Assembly: GCA_965200885.1 (NCBI GenBank)
Contig: OZ241737.1
Location: forward strand, 782,214 to 846,213
Reading direction: 5' to 3'
From: Paracoccaceae bacterium
Lineage (GTDB): Bacteria; Pseudomonadota; Alphaproteobacteria; Rhodobacterales; Rhodobacteraceae
DNA length: 64,000 nucleotides
Below are positions 41,720 to 51,857 of this stretch, in pieces (position 1 is the stretch's first letter; each line of letters opens with the position of its first letter). The position numbers and the translations under genes are program-made. The notes beneath the pieces were generated by a model. The model was not told the origin of the DNA. It did no database searches and saw only the letters and a program-made list of their open reading frames with translations.

Positions 41720-43372
41720 TTACATATTGGGATAATTTGGTCCGTCCCCACCTTGAGGTGTACACCAGTTGATATTTTGACTCGGATCCTTGATGTCACA
41801 GGTTTTGCAATGCACACAGTTTTGGTAATTGATTTTGAATTCCTTGCTTCCATCATTGTTTTCAAGAACTTCATAAACACCTGCCGGACAGTATCTTTGG
41901 GCCGGTTCAGAATAATTTGGGAGGTTGACACTTATAGGAATGGTCGGATCAGTCAAGTGCAGGTGGACAGGCTGTCCCTCTTCATGATTGGTTCCCGAAT
42001 AGCTGACATTGGTAAGGCGGTCAAAACTGATCTTGCCGTCTGGCTTGGGATATTCTATTTCCTGGTGCTTGCTTGCCGATTCGGTACTTTCGGCATCAGA
42101 TTTCCCATGTTCCAGGGTACCAAGGGGGCTTCCCCCAAAAAGTGTCGAGCACCACATATCGACAGCTCCAATGGCTAGAGAGCCATAGAGACCATAGCGT
42201 GACCACAATGGCTTTACATTTTTGACTTTTTTGAGATCCTTGCCAATGGGGCCGTTTCGCAATTTTTGTTCATAGACAACCAATTCCTGTTCACCCGACC
42301 CGTTTTCAAGAGCCTCGGTTGCGGCATCGGCAGCGAATATGCCGCTCAACATGGCGTTGTGGTTTCCCTTGATTCTTGGCACATTGACCAAACCTGCCGA
42401 ACAACCTACCAATACCCCACCGGGAAAAGTGGTCTTGGGAATTGACTGCCAACCACCTTCGGTTATGGCCCTGGCACCATAGGCAGTGCGCTTGCCACCC
42501 CCCAGCAGGGAACTCACCAAAGGATGATGCTTGAACCTTTGAAACTCCATATAGGGATGGATATAGGGGTTGGCATAGTTGAGGTGGACAACAAAGCCGA
42601 GGCTGATCTGGTTTTTTTCCATATGATAAAGGAACGATCCTCCGCCTGTTTTCGCATTGAGGGGCCATCCGGCTGTATGCGTCACACTTCCCGGTTTGTG
42701 CTTTTCGGGATCAATTTCCCAAATCTCCTTCATGCCAAGTCCAAATTTTGGAAAATCCGACTCCCTGTCCAGCCTGTATTTTTCGATAACCTGTTTGGTC
42801 AATGACCCCCTGGCTCCCTCACACAGGAACACGAACCTGCCCTTGACCTCTATTCCCGGTTCATAGTTATCACCAGGTGTGCCATCAGGATGTTTTCCAA
42901 ACTCACCGGCTACGACTCCCGCAACCCTGTCATCCCCATCAAATACGAGTTCCGAACAGGCCATGCCGGGATATACTTCAACTTCCAGTTCTTCTGCCCG
43001 CTCGGCCATCCACCGGCAAACATTGGCCATTGAAACGATATAGTTCCCATGGTTGTTCATAAGTGGTGGCATGGACCAGTTCGGAATCCTGATTTGCCCA
43101 CCTTCCCCGAGGATATAGAAGTTATCCTTGGATACAGGAACATTCAGGGGTGCATTTCGTTTTTTCCAATCCGGAATCAGGGTGTTTAACCCGATGGGAT
43201 CCAATATGGCACCGGATAGAATATGAGACCCGACCTCGGCACCCTTTTCCAATATACAGACTTCCAATTCCAGATTATTTTGCTTGAGCCTTATTGCAGC
43301 AGAGAGACCAGCCGGTCCTGCACCAACAATGACGACATCAAATTCCATTACTTCACGTTCGATTTCAGCCAT
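41720..43372 (-). CDS. electron-transfer flavoprotein:ubiquinone oxidoreductase
   Basis: FAD fold VVIVGAGPAGLSAA and the C-terminal 4Fe-4S motif CVHCKTCDIKDP. Confidence 0.85.
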   Translation of the reverse strand: MAEIEREVMEFDVVIVGAGPAGLSAAIRLKQNNLELEVCILEKGAEVGSHILSGAILDPIGLNTLIPDWKKRNAPLNVPVSKDNFYILGEGGQIRIPNWSMPPLMNNHGNYIVSMANVCRWMAERAEELEVEVYPGMACSELVFDGDDRVAGVVAGEFGKHPDGTPGDNYEPGIEVKGRFVFLCEGARGSLTKQVIEKYRLDRESDFPKFGLGMKEIWEIDPEKHKPGSVTHTAGWPLNAKTGGGSFLYHMEKNQISLGFVVHLNYANPYIHPYMEFQRFKHHPLVSSLLGGGKRTAYGARAITEGGWQSIPKTTFPGGVLVGCSAGLVNVPRIKGNHNAMLSGIFAADAATEALENGSGEQELVVYEQKLRNGPIGKDLKKVKNVKPLWSRYGLYGSLAIGAVDMWCSTLFGGSPLGTLEHGKSDAESTESASKHQEIEYPKPDGKISFDRLTNVSYSGTNHEEGQPVHLHLTDPTIPISVNLPNYSEPAQRYCPAGVYEVLENNDGSKEFKINYQNCVHCKTCDIKDPSQNINWCTPQGGDGPNYPNM

Positions 43373-43777
43373 ATTTCATTTCCCGAATGGACCAGTAGTG
43401 AACCGACCATATTGCTAGTCCTTTAATGATTTAAAAATACAAACCTGTCCTGAATTATCCAACAGATTTTTTGCATCATGCCGGGATATTTCAAATTTCT
43501 GCGTTACCATTCAATTGATTTAGGGTTTAATCTTCGAAACCCCATCCCCTTTGACTTTTTTGAACTGTTTATTTATCCAGGTTGAATAATTGTTGAGGAA
43601 CCGAAAAATTCATTCCCCTTTTGTTTAGTCACCGATTTAACTGTTGCAAATAGATTGTTGCTGATTAAATTTCTAAATTATTTCGGTCATTTACGGAATT
43701 ACATTTGGCTTGCCTGTTTAATTTCTTCGCATGAAGAAGTAACCTCTGTGTAATCTGATATTCAAAAAAGCAAATTT

Positions 43778-44248
43778 ATGGACAGGATATTTATTACCAA
43801 AAACGGTGTCGCCGATGTCGAGGATGATTTGAAAAAACTCGTTTCGATAGATCGGCCCCAGATCATCAAGGCCATAGCCGATGCCAGGGCCCTGGGAGAT
43901 TTGAGTGAAAATGCCGAATACCATTCTGCCAAGGAAAAGCAGGGTTTGATTGAAGCCCGAATATCCTACCTCAAGAATATTCTCTCCAGGGCAGAGATAA
44001 TTGATGTTACCCAGTTGAGCGGATCAATCAAATTTGGTGCCACCGTTAGCCTTGAAAATGAAGAATCCGGAGAGGAAGTAACCTACCAGATCGTTGGTGA
44101 ACCGGAAGCAAACCTTGAAAAAGGCAAATTGAATGTTCGGACTGCTCTTGGCAGGGCTTTGATAGGTAAGGATGAGGGAGATAGTGTTACCGTGAAGGCA
44201 CCCAATGGAGAACGGTATTATACTGTTCTGAAGGTAAGTTACACCTAG
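43778..44248 (+). CDS. greA: transcription elongation factor GreA
   Basis: GDLSENAEYHSAKE motif. 156 aa. Confidence 0.9.
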   Translation: MDRIFITKNGVADVEDDLKKLVSIDRPQIIKAIADARALGDLSENAEYHSAKEKQGLIEARISYLKNILSRAEIIDVTQLSGSIKFGATVSLENEESGEEVTYQIVGEPEANLEKGKLNVRTALGRALIGKDEGDSVTVKAPNGERYYTVLKVSYT

Positions 44249-44253
44249 GGAGG

Positions 44254-45225
44254 ATGAAAATTTTAGAAAGCGGTAAACACATAATGGCAGGCGGAAAAAA
44301 CAAGATTTCCATCCGCAATATCATGGCCTATCTTTTTGCAACGGTAGCAACCATTCTATGGGTACTTTTTTTCTATGAGATAAGCCGAGGCGGTGGATTA
44401 GGCGAAACTTTCCAGAATAACAGGGGTGCAATCCCATTGGTTGTCGGACTGATTCCAATACTGTTTTTCTGGTTGGTGGCAGGATTGTATTTGATGGCAG
44501 TTCAAAACAGCGAACGTTACAACGAGTTGAAAAAGAAGATTGGGAAGCTGAAGGAAGAGATTGATCATATTTCCTTCGGTGAAAGCGAACGGTTCATGAA
44601 CATCTTGACAGACAGTCCGTCGGCACACGGGGAGAGTCCGGAAATCCATGAGGAATCGGAATACGATGATATGGCAGGAGAAACAATTGATACCCCATTC
44701 AGCCATCCCATGTCCAGTGATGAAGTCAGGGGAGAGACAAACATGCTTGATGAATGGGGCCTTGACACGCAAACACTGATCAGGGCCTTCAATATGCCCA
44801 ATGATGAGAATGATTCAGAAGGTTATGATGCAATTGAGCTAGTAATCAAGATTGAATCCCTGGAAAAACTGCTGCGGAATTCCCATGAACTCCTCTTTAC
44901 CCTGGCTGATTATGATTTGATAATGGATGATCTGGAAATTGATATGGGCCTGATCTCAACCTGGAGGCGATTTGCCGCAGATAGTGCCGTAGGTTCGGTT
45001 TCTTCCCTTGGTGGAACCGGAACGTTTGTCGAAATTGCCAAGGTCTCCGGCATTTTGGCCGAAAACAGCAATTTTGAAAGCCTTGCCGACACCTTCAACA
45101 AACAGATGGAAGAGTTTATTTCCAAGGTCATACCACAACTCAGTGATGATGAAATCAGGGAACTGGCCGAAACCAGGACTTTTCTGGCCTTTTTATTGCT
45201 TGGCCAGGTTTTCAATACCGGTTGA
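44254..45225 (+). CDS. hypothetical membrane protein
   Basis: Two N-terminal TM segments followed by an acidic soluble region. No recognised motif. Confidence 0.5.
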   Translation: MKILESGKHIMAGGKNKISIRNIMAYLFATVATILWVLFFYEISRGGGLGETFQNNRGAIPLVVGLIPILFFWLVAGLYLMAVQNSERYNELKKKIGKLKEEIDHISFGESERFMNILTDSPSAHGESPEIHEESEYDDMAGETIDTPFSHPMSSDEVRGETNMLDEWGLDTQTLIRAFNMPNDENDSEGYDAIELVIKIESLEKLLRNSHELLFTLADYDLIMDDLEIDMGLISTWRRFAADSAVGSVSSLGGTGTFVEIAKVSGILAENSNFESLADTFNKQMEEFISKVIPQLSDDEIRELAETRTFLAFLLLGQVFNTG

Positions 45226-45230
45226 TTGCG

Positions 45231-45328
45231 GTTTTCAAACTATATCCAAAAACTGCTGTAGGGATAATATTTGACCAGGGTCACCCCTATCAACCGATAG
45301 GGTATCCTCTCCCAATTCGACCAGACCT
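45231..45328. repeat. diverged copy of the moeA 3' end (left direct repeat, attL-like)
   Basis: Aligns base for base with 52258-52354. I count about nine differences by eye, including one 1-nt indel. The minus strand reads GLVELGEDTLSVDRG.. versus GLVELEEDTLSVDRG.. in intact MoeA. The stop codon and 9 nt of downstream sequence are also conserved. Confidence 0.85.
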
Positions 45329-45356
45329 ATTACAAGGACTGCTTCACGTGAGACAA

Positions 45357-46316
45357 GTTACGGTTGCCATACCGATCTAGATTTGCTACTCTAATAACGT
45401 CCTTATCGGCCGGATTTCCCCCGTTACGGTTGCCATACCGATCTAGATTTGCTACTCTTAGGTTAAATGTGTAATCCAATCCAAGACCGTTACGGTTGCC
45501 ATACCGATCTAGATTTGCTACTCTAAGAACCAGCAACAATCCTCGCTCGTCGACGTTACGGTTGCCATACCGATCTAGATTTGCTACTCTCGAAGGGATT
45601 ATCGGTGCTTACGTCTGGATGTTACGGTTGCCATACCGATCTAGATTTGCTACTCTGGTCGATCTCATCGGAAGCATCCGCGATCCGTTACGGTTGCCAT
45701 ACCGATCTAGATTTGCTACTCTGAGCGAGAGCGGAACAGGGGGCTGGACTAAGTTACGGTTGCCATACCGATCTAGATTTGCTACTCTCATGCCTGGAAA
45801 TAATGTTCGGCTGCGACTGTTACGGTTGCCATACCGATCTAGATTTGCTACTCTAGCTCAAACCGGCTCATTTAAGATATGAATGTTACGGTTGCCATAC
45901 CGATCTAGATTTGCTACTCTCGCATCCAGCATCAACATTCCGATACTGATGTTACGGTTGCCATACCGATCTAGATTTGCTACTCTCACCGATCACATCG
46001 GGAGGCATGACATATAGTTACGGTTGCCATACCGATCTAGATTTGCTACTCTGTTGACACAAAAAAATATCGTCTGTCTGTCGTTACGGTTGCCATACCG
46101 ATCTAGATTTGCTACTCTTTAGTGTGAGCATCTGCCATAATGGCAGCAGTTACGGTTGCCATACCGATCTAGATTTGCTACTCTGCAACTCGCCATTAAT
46201 CCAAATAGGATTATGTTACGGTTGCCATACCGATCTAGATTTGCTACTCTCATTAGCAGGAGCATGAGGAGGAGCGCGCAGTTACGGTTGCCATACCGAT
46301 CTAGATTTGCTACTCT
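45357..46316 (+). CRISPR. CRISPR array: 15 identical 36-bp repeats and 14 spacers of 30 bp
   Basis: Repeat GTTACGGTTGCCATACCGATCTAGATTTGCTACTCT starts every 66 nt from 45357 to 46281. The + orientation is inferred from the tracrRNA anti-repeat and terminator. Confidence 0.97.
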
Positions 46317-46326
46317 AGAAAGTTGT

Positions 46327-46361
46327 CAAACCCTTTTGAACAAGTGGTTCAAAAGGGTTTG
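46327..46361. terminator. 15-bp perfect hairpin between the array and the cas2 3' end (bidirectional terminator candidate)
   Basis: CAAACCCTTTTGAAC-aagtg-GTTCAAAAGGGTTTG followed by GTTTAT on the + strand. Confidence 0.55.
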
Positions 46362-46386
46362 GTTTATAAAATATTGAAGTGGTAGA

Positions 46387-46713
46387 TCAAAATAATGTAA
46401 GTAATTTTGGTTTTTTTTCAGTTTTTTTGATCTTTTTTCCAGAATAGTTTCTAGTCAATTCAAATTGTTTGTCTGTGAAAAACATTATTGAAACATCTCC
46501 TTCATGAGGTACTTTTTTGCCAATCCTTTCTGCTAATGACTCTGCACTTGGGCGGTTCGGGCACACTCTCAAGTAGACTGAAAATTGTTTCATAATACAT
46601 CCTTCACTTAAAAGGTAATTTCGAAAACCCGTGGCATATCTTCTTTCAACCTTAGTGCCTACAGGTAAATCAAAAACAACAAGAACCCACATAATCGAAA
46701 ATGAGGAGTGCAA
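46387..46713 (-). CDS. cas2: CRISPR-associated endoribonuclease Cas2
   Basis: 108 aa with the N-terminal VLVVFDLPV strand carrying the conserved Asp. It sits between cas1 and the array. Confidence 0.85.
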   Translation of the reverse strand: MHSSFSIMWVLVVFDLPVGTKVERRYATGFRNYLLSEGCIMKQFSVYLRVCPNRPSAESLAERIGKKVPHEGDVSIMFFTDKQFELTRNYSGKKIKKTEKKPKLLTLF

Positions 46714-46743
46714 ATGAAAAAATCCATTTAATTTAAATCATGA

Positions 46744-47643
46744 TTAATTTGCGAACTCTATCTTTAGGGGAAGTTCCAGCTTTTTTTCGGAATTTTCAAA
46801 AACGGAAATTAGGCTATTTACAACTAATACCATAGCCCTAAAAAGATCTGTTTCACCAGATGCTAAGATCAATGTCCTTTGCATTAGCCCTGCAAGAATT
46901 TCTTTTGATTCTTTTGAAATATCTTCACTCCAAGAATTCCTATTCTGCCAAACTACACGATCAACAAGGGGCCGGAATGGTTCCAAAAGATCATCGACTA
47001 AACAAAAATTATTACGAGAATTAATGTGGCCTACTCCAAGAGAGGGAGATAACCCTGCTGAAATTACAGCCCTAGCCAATGCTGAACGAAGTATTGTATA
47101 CCCATAATTCAAATGTGCATTAATACCCGGAATGTGACGGTCACGGTGAAAATTTAACCCAAATAACTTTTTCCAATAATATCGAGCTGCCTGCGCCTCA
47201 ACATTGTTAGGGTCACCAGAGCGAACTTTTTTTTCAAGATTAAGCAAAAACTTGCTAGCAGGTAAGTTGATTCCATTTAAAGTTCTAGATTGTTCCCTAA
47301 TTTTTGCCTTTACTAGCTCTTTCCAAATCCTTTTTTTTATAGGTTTTGCTACTGATGCCTGGGCTTGAATCCTTCCCGATTGAAGGTAATGATTTGCAGT
47401 GGGCACCAATAATGCTACTGGTAAATGCTTTTCATTACATACTACCAATGGTATATTACATTCTGCCAATTTAAATAATAAGCCGTGTGAATAGGTCCCA
47501 TAATAGGAATGAGTAATTATGGCTTGGATATCTCTTAAAGGTATACGACCTAATTCTTGCTTATTGTCCAAAACAACCAAACTTTTCCGTTCAGTATGTA
47601 AGTATCTTCCTGGCTCCGTAATATCAACAATACGCCAAGTCAT
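46744..47643 (-). CDS. cas1: CRISPR-associated endonuclease Cas1 (type II)
   Basis: 299 aa. Signature GHINSRNNFCLVDDLLEPFRPLVD (His...Asp/Glu metal site). Confidence 0.9.
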   Translation of the reverse strand: MTWRIVDITEPGRYLHTERKSLVVLDNKQELGRIPLRDIQAIITHSYYGTYSHGLLFKLAECNIPLVVCNEKHLPVALLVPTANHYLQSGRIQAQASVAKPIKKRIWKELVKAKIREQSRTLNGINLPASKFLLNLEKKVRSGDPNNVEAQAARYYWKKLFGLNFHRDRHIPGINAHLNYGYTILRSALARAVISAGLSPSLGVGHINSRNNFCLVDDLLEPFRPLVDRVVWQNRNSWSEDISKESKEILAGLMQRTLILASGETDLFRAMVLVVNSLISVFENSEKKLELPLKIEFAN

Positions 47644-47656
47644 ACATTTTTCTTTT

Positions 47657-50600
47657 TCATTCGTTTAACATTGGAAAAAAGTAAGTGGGTTCCCCAAGAT
47701 GATTAGTAATAATTCGCTGGGCCCTCTTTTCCTTAAAAAATTTTAGACGCCTTTCATATAATGAACGCTTTCCAGCATCTTTTGCATCAGTGCACTTCAC
47801 AACACCCATTTTGCCATCAGAAATTCTCACTACTATCATTCTAACCCGATAATTTAAATTATCAGGATCATCCAATAGCAGAATATCGTCTTTATGTGCA
47901 GACCATAGAAGGGCGTTACCTGCCTTGTCTGATTCTGGTACAAAAGTTTCATCATTTGCTTCAAACATTGTAATAATTTGCCACTTGATTTTTCCCTTAT
48001 TATTTTTATAAAAATCCATACGGTGGTTTCTACCACTAAGGTAACCTCCATTGAATTTATTTCCTTGCTTAATAACATTTACTAATTTTTGTTCCTTAAA
48101 ATCCCAGTAATAGCAAGGGAGAGCCTTCTTTTTCATGAGATCAATTGCTTTCTTGTAAACTAATGTTTCTGTAATTGCTCTTACTTTCTTCCCTTGATTT
48201 TTGTTTTGAATTGCTTCTGCCCTTAATTCTAGCCGTGCTTTTTCACAAAATCCTTCCACTTTATTTTGGATCATGTTGAGGTTATTTGTAAAATCAGCAA
48301 TTGATGGGTTGTCTCCATATCCCTTAATCAATGCACCACTGATTTTTTTCTTTTTCAAGTCAGTTAAGGATTTTATATCGCCAAGTTTCACTTTTGTCCG
48401 AGTTAAATACTTCCCTTTCTCATGGGGCCCAGAAACTATCCCCCTTAAAGTATCCTCGTGCAATTGCCCACTTGCTGAATTATCCGGCTTCCTTGATAGA
48501 AGTACATTTTGCGTTACCTTCTCAACATGGGACCAAAATTCTCTTTCACCACCAAATGGAGGTTGAATTTTGTCAACTATACCCAAGATCCTTTTTTCTT
48601 CACAATGACGTGCAGCGGTTTGAATCTTTTGTATAGTGGATCTGGTGGTACACCCGACAACCAACGCATCAATAAAATGATGTCTGTGATCATCTCTTTG
48701 TTTGATGCTTGATTCACCCCCAAGTACCTTATTCAGGCCCCATTTCTTTCGCAACAACGAAGTTACTTTACTGCTGACAGCAATTACATTTTCTGGTTTT
48801 CCATAAAGGCAAGTTAGGTATTGTCTCGTAATTTTGGCGATATACGAATTATCAATAGAAAATCTTTCTCGCCAATAGTCTGGATTATTTTCAAACCTTT
48901 CTAGGGCATCACTTTTAAATCTATTTTTCTTTCCTGCAGGTAAGTCATTAACCCTTCTAATAATTGCATCCCAATCAAAATTTGGATCAGAAGAAAATGC
49001 GTCATAAGGGGTCCGATTGTTTTTAAAAGCATTAGCACTTTTCTTACATAAAACCATATTTGCTTTAGAATCATCATAGGTTTTACTGCGAGGTAAAATA
49101 TGATCGATTTCAACTTCACCACTAAACAACTGAATAAGGCTGATGTTATCACCTGTATAAACACATTTGCATTTTTGTTGTTCCCATAATTCATATTTCA
49201 ATTCGTTGGGTCGCGTTTGTTCAAGTTCATTTTCCTTAAGCTTCCGCCTAATTTGCTCTCTTTTTTCTCTGTTACTCGCAATCTTTTGCTCTATCAATGC
49301 TTTTGTTTTTTCACTTTTTCCTAGATCCCTTGCTAATTCAACATAAATTTTCTCTGGCAATCCATATTTATCGATTAAACAATTTACTGCTTTTCTTATT
49401 TGATTAAGGGCAACATGGACAACCGGATTTGGTGCCCTACCGTATTTCTTCTCAAGAAAATTAGTGTTAGGGGGTTTGTTTGATGGGTTTTCAGAAAAAA
49501 TCCAAATTGGCTCAATAGCGTACCCTTTTAAAACTTCACCGTAATAGGGTAATTTCCTGAATATTTCTCCAATTGGTGTTTGAGCATGGACCAACCCAGC
49601 CAAATCCTCAGCTGCACGGGAGGAAAGGGTGGGATGTTTCTTGAGTTCCACAAGTATTTTCCTGGTGGCGGTTTTCCCTAGATTTCCATAACCTTTGGGA
49701 AAATCTGTCTGGATAAGCCGCTTTGTTAATTGATCAGATAAATTTATTACCGTCTTGATCTTATCAACAGCTTCTTCCTTGTCAAAATGGGTTGACAATA
49801 TCTCCAGAACAAAATCCTTGTTTTCTGCATTTAATTCAGCCCACTCTTCACCCAATTCATAATTCGAAAATGGATACTTCGCTATCTCAGTTCTAGCTTT
49901 GGAATCTTCTAGGTTAACCTTGCAATTTTTTTTAATCCCAATTATTGTTTTTATGTCAGTTTTATTTAGGGACTCTCCCCTCATCAAGGATTCCACAAGT
50001 TCGTCCCTTTGACCAATTGTCAATTCCGGCAAGGGTGTCCCTTGATGAGAAAACCTTAAATTGTTTACCTCCTCATAAATCCTCTTTTCCTGAAAAAGTC
50101 TAGAGGATTTTGGCAGACGTTTTTCATTCGTAACATACGAACAATTACCAGGTGGGGGTGTCGAGACTTTTCGTTGGAAAAACAATTCTTCTTCAAGGGA
50201 TTCTCGAAATGAATCGTTCAACTTCTCCTGATGAAATTCTTTTTGTTTTTGCCAAATGATATCGAATTCTTTCCTTAACAAATCTCTTGAGGGATAAAAA
50301 TCATAACTTCCTTTTCCAATCACTTCTTGGTTGATTCTGACCTTTTTCCTTCTCTTTTCCCTATACCAAAGAAACTGGCCATAAGTTTTAAATCCCATTT
50401 CGTTGATTTTTACTTCAAGTTTCTTAATACCTTCTTTTGTTAATAAAGTATCTTTTTCATCATTATCCCTCCCGTCAAATGCACTGCTACCTCGATGTTT
50501 TGCCATATGGAGAATTATTCTTTGTAATTCTTCCAAATCTATTTTCTCGTTAACTGCTTTTGCCCTTAGTTTTAAAGGTGATTTATCCAGTAAATACTTC

Positions 50601-50866
50601 GGAATATCATTATGAGGGAATCCGATTCCATTTTTAAGGAAGATTTGCGCCAAGCGTCGTAATCTCATTTGTTTTCTATCTATCATTCGCCTTTGAGAAC
50701 GAGCTAATCGACGAGTTTCTCCTCCAACTGGTGCCGACCAGGTTCTCACAAATCCTTCTTTAACACCAATAACATTTTCTTCCTTGTCAATTTCAATCAC
50801 AGCTAACCCAAGGGAAGCAACCCCAACATCAATTCCAAGATTGTATTTAAAAGGAGTTGTATTCAT
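47657..50866 (-). CDS. cas9: Cas9, type II-C size class (1069 aa)
   Basis: RuvC-I NLGIDVGVASLG, Arg-rich bridge helix RRLARSQRRMIDRKQMRLRRL, HNH EIDHILPRS..NMVLC..N, RuvC-III DDHRHHFIDALV. There is no csn2 or cas4, so subtype II-C. Confidence 0.95.
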   Translation of the reverse strand: MNTTPFKYNLGIDVGVASLGLAVIEIDKEENVIGVKEGFVRTWSAPVGGETRRLARSQRRMIDRKQMRLRRLAQIFLKNGIGFPHNDIPKYLLDKSPLKLRAKAVNEKIDLEELQRIILHMAKHRGSSAFDGRDNDEKDTLLTKEGIKKLEVKINEMGFKTYGQFLWYREKRRKKVRINQEVIGKGSYDFYPSRDLLRKEFDIIWQKQKEFHQEKLNDSFRESLEEELFFQRKVSTPPPGNCSYVTNEKRLPKSSRLFQEKRIYEEVNNLRFSHQGTPLPELTIGQRDELVESLMRGESLNKTDIKTIIGIKKNCKVNLEDSKARTEIAKYPFSNYELGEEWAELNAENKDFVLEILSTHFDKEEAVDKIKTVINLSDQLTKRLIQTDFPKGYGNLGKTATRKILVELKKHPTLSSRAAEDLAGLVHAQTPIGEIFRKLPYYGEVLKGYAIEPIWIFSENPSNKPPNTNFLEKKYGRAPNPVVHVALNQIRKAVNCLIDKYGLPEKIYVELARDLGKSEKTKALIEQKIASNREKREQIRRKLKENELEQTRPNELKYELWEQQKCKCVYTGDNISLIQLFSGEVEIDHILPRSKTYDDSKANMVLCKKSANAFKNNRTPYDAFSSDPNFDWDAIIRRVNDLPAGKKNRFKSDALERFENNPDYWRERFSIDNSYIAKITRQYLTCLYGKPENVIAVSSKVTSLLRKKWGLNKVLGGESSIKQRDDHRHHFIDALVVGCTTRSTIQKIQTAARHCEEKRILGIVDKIQPPFGGEREFWSHVEKVTQNVLLSRKPDNSASGQLHEDTLRGIVSGPHEKGKYLTRTKVKLGDIKSLTDLKKKKISGALIKGYGDNPSIADFTNNLNMIQNKVEGFCEKARLELRAEAIQNKNQGKKVRAITETLVYKKAIDLMKKKALPCYYWDFKEQKLVNVIKQGNKFNGGYLSGRNHRMDFYKNNKGKIKWQIITMFEANDETFVPESDKAGNALLWSAHKDDILLLDDPDNLNYRVRMIVVRISDGKMGVVKCTDAKDAGKRSLYERRLKFFKEKRAQRIITNHLGEPTYFFPMLNE

Positions 50867-50923
50867 TAATTTTTACCTTTTTCCATTGCTTTAATTTTTG
50901 AATTGAGACCAGAGAAATTCTTT

Positions 50924-51661
50924 AAGGATTATATACTTGTTTGTCCATTGCCTGATTTCAGTTCTTTTTCCTGTTTTCCAAAAACCGCCGGCCCTTCCCC
51001 GGCGGTTGCCTTGTCATTGCCTCGCCCACATTTTCAGGTGAGTCCTTGATGATGGGAAACTCCTCGCGGCCTTCGGGCCGGTCTGCCCCGGGTTTCCTTG
51101 TTTCGGGGGATTGCGTCTTAACCGTCGGACGGTCATTGCGGGTTGGCATGCTCTTCTCCGGGTATGGATAACGGCAATGCTTCAATTTTCCTTGCAACAT
51201 CATCAAGTTTCAATTCACCGGCCATACCCCCTCGACCTTCGGGGTTGCGGGATGCTGTCGCAATTCTTCGACAGGATTGCTGTTCCGAATCCGAACGATC
51301 CCCACTCAAGGTGAATCCGTCATTTCCACATTGAGCTGTTGGCAGGAAGAATGTCCACCATCGCCAAATCGCTCTTTCCCATTCGTCCGCTCTTGTCAAA
51401 ATGATTTTCCCACCCCATGTTTCCAGTCATCGGGAATACTCGTTCTCCTGGATGAAAAATGTGTTTGTGGTATTCCCGACCCTTCCCCCAAAAGCCTGAT
51501 TCCGAACGTTTCACCCCTTCGGGACGGAAAACGAACAAAATCGCAAGGGAATCATGTCCTTGACGGGATTTCCGGCCATCTTGTGGAAAAACCTCCCATG
51601 CACGTTCCTCCGGGTGTCAAGAGGCTAGTTGCAAAAATGGGGAAACAAGTATGTAATCTCC
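50924..51661. mobile_element. TIR element E (738 bp) with GC-rich non-coding or decayed cargo
   Basis: Ends AAGGATTATATACTTGTTTG and GAAACAAGTATGTAATCTCC. Flanking 8-mers AATTCTTT (50916-50923) and AATTCTTA (51662-51669) match at 7 of 8 positions. It begins 57 bp upstream of the cas9 ATG. Confidence 0.6.
50980..51007 (-). terminator. intrinsic terminator inside element E (minus strand)
   Basis: CCGCCGG-cccttcc-CCGGCGG followed by TTTTT on the minus strand. Confidence 0.5.
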
Positions 51662-51676
51662 AATTCTTAATATTAT

Positions 51677-51857
51677 GGGAATTATATACTTGATTGAATT
51701 TCCCATTTACCGAAAATACAACAGGTGTTCAGACACCGCGGGGGAATACAATTGCACTCCAGGGGAATGTGTGTGGTAGGTTTTTTCACAAAATCGCCGG
51801 AAAACCAGCGATGCCTCCACAAAAAAATAGGGAAATTCAATCAAGTATATAATTCCC
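51677..51857. mobile_element. TIR element F (181 bp)
   Basis: Perfect 28-bp inverted repeat GGGAATTATATACTTGATTGAATTTCCC. Perfect 8-bp duplication AATATTAT at 51669-51676 and 51858-51865. Confidence 0.8.

Noticed and set aside
45393-46280. Possible self-targeting spacers against the GC-rich island or the TIR elements
   Set aside because: I found no match by eye, but I cannot do an exhaustive search. All 14 spacers should be run by BLAST against this genome and against phage and plasmid databases.
45330-46377. ORF-track entries inside the array (45496-45882, 45330-45539, 45609-45791, 46156-46377) with the recurring peptide LRLPYRSRFATL
   Set aside because: The repeating peptide is simply the translation of the 36-bp CRISPR repeat at a 66-nt period. 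These are not genes.
50958-51693. ORFs of 72-138 aa on both strands inside element E
   Set aside because: They overlap one another in different frames and lack RBS context. One contains a terminator hairpin. This is GC-rich DNA, where long spurious ORFs are expected. I also considered a group II intron or a retron, but there is no reverse transcriptase and no recognisable domain V-like hairpin.
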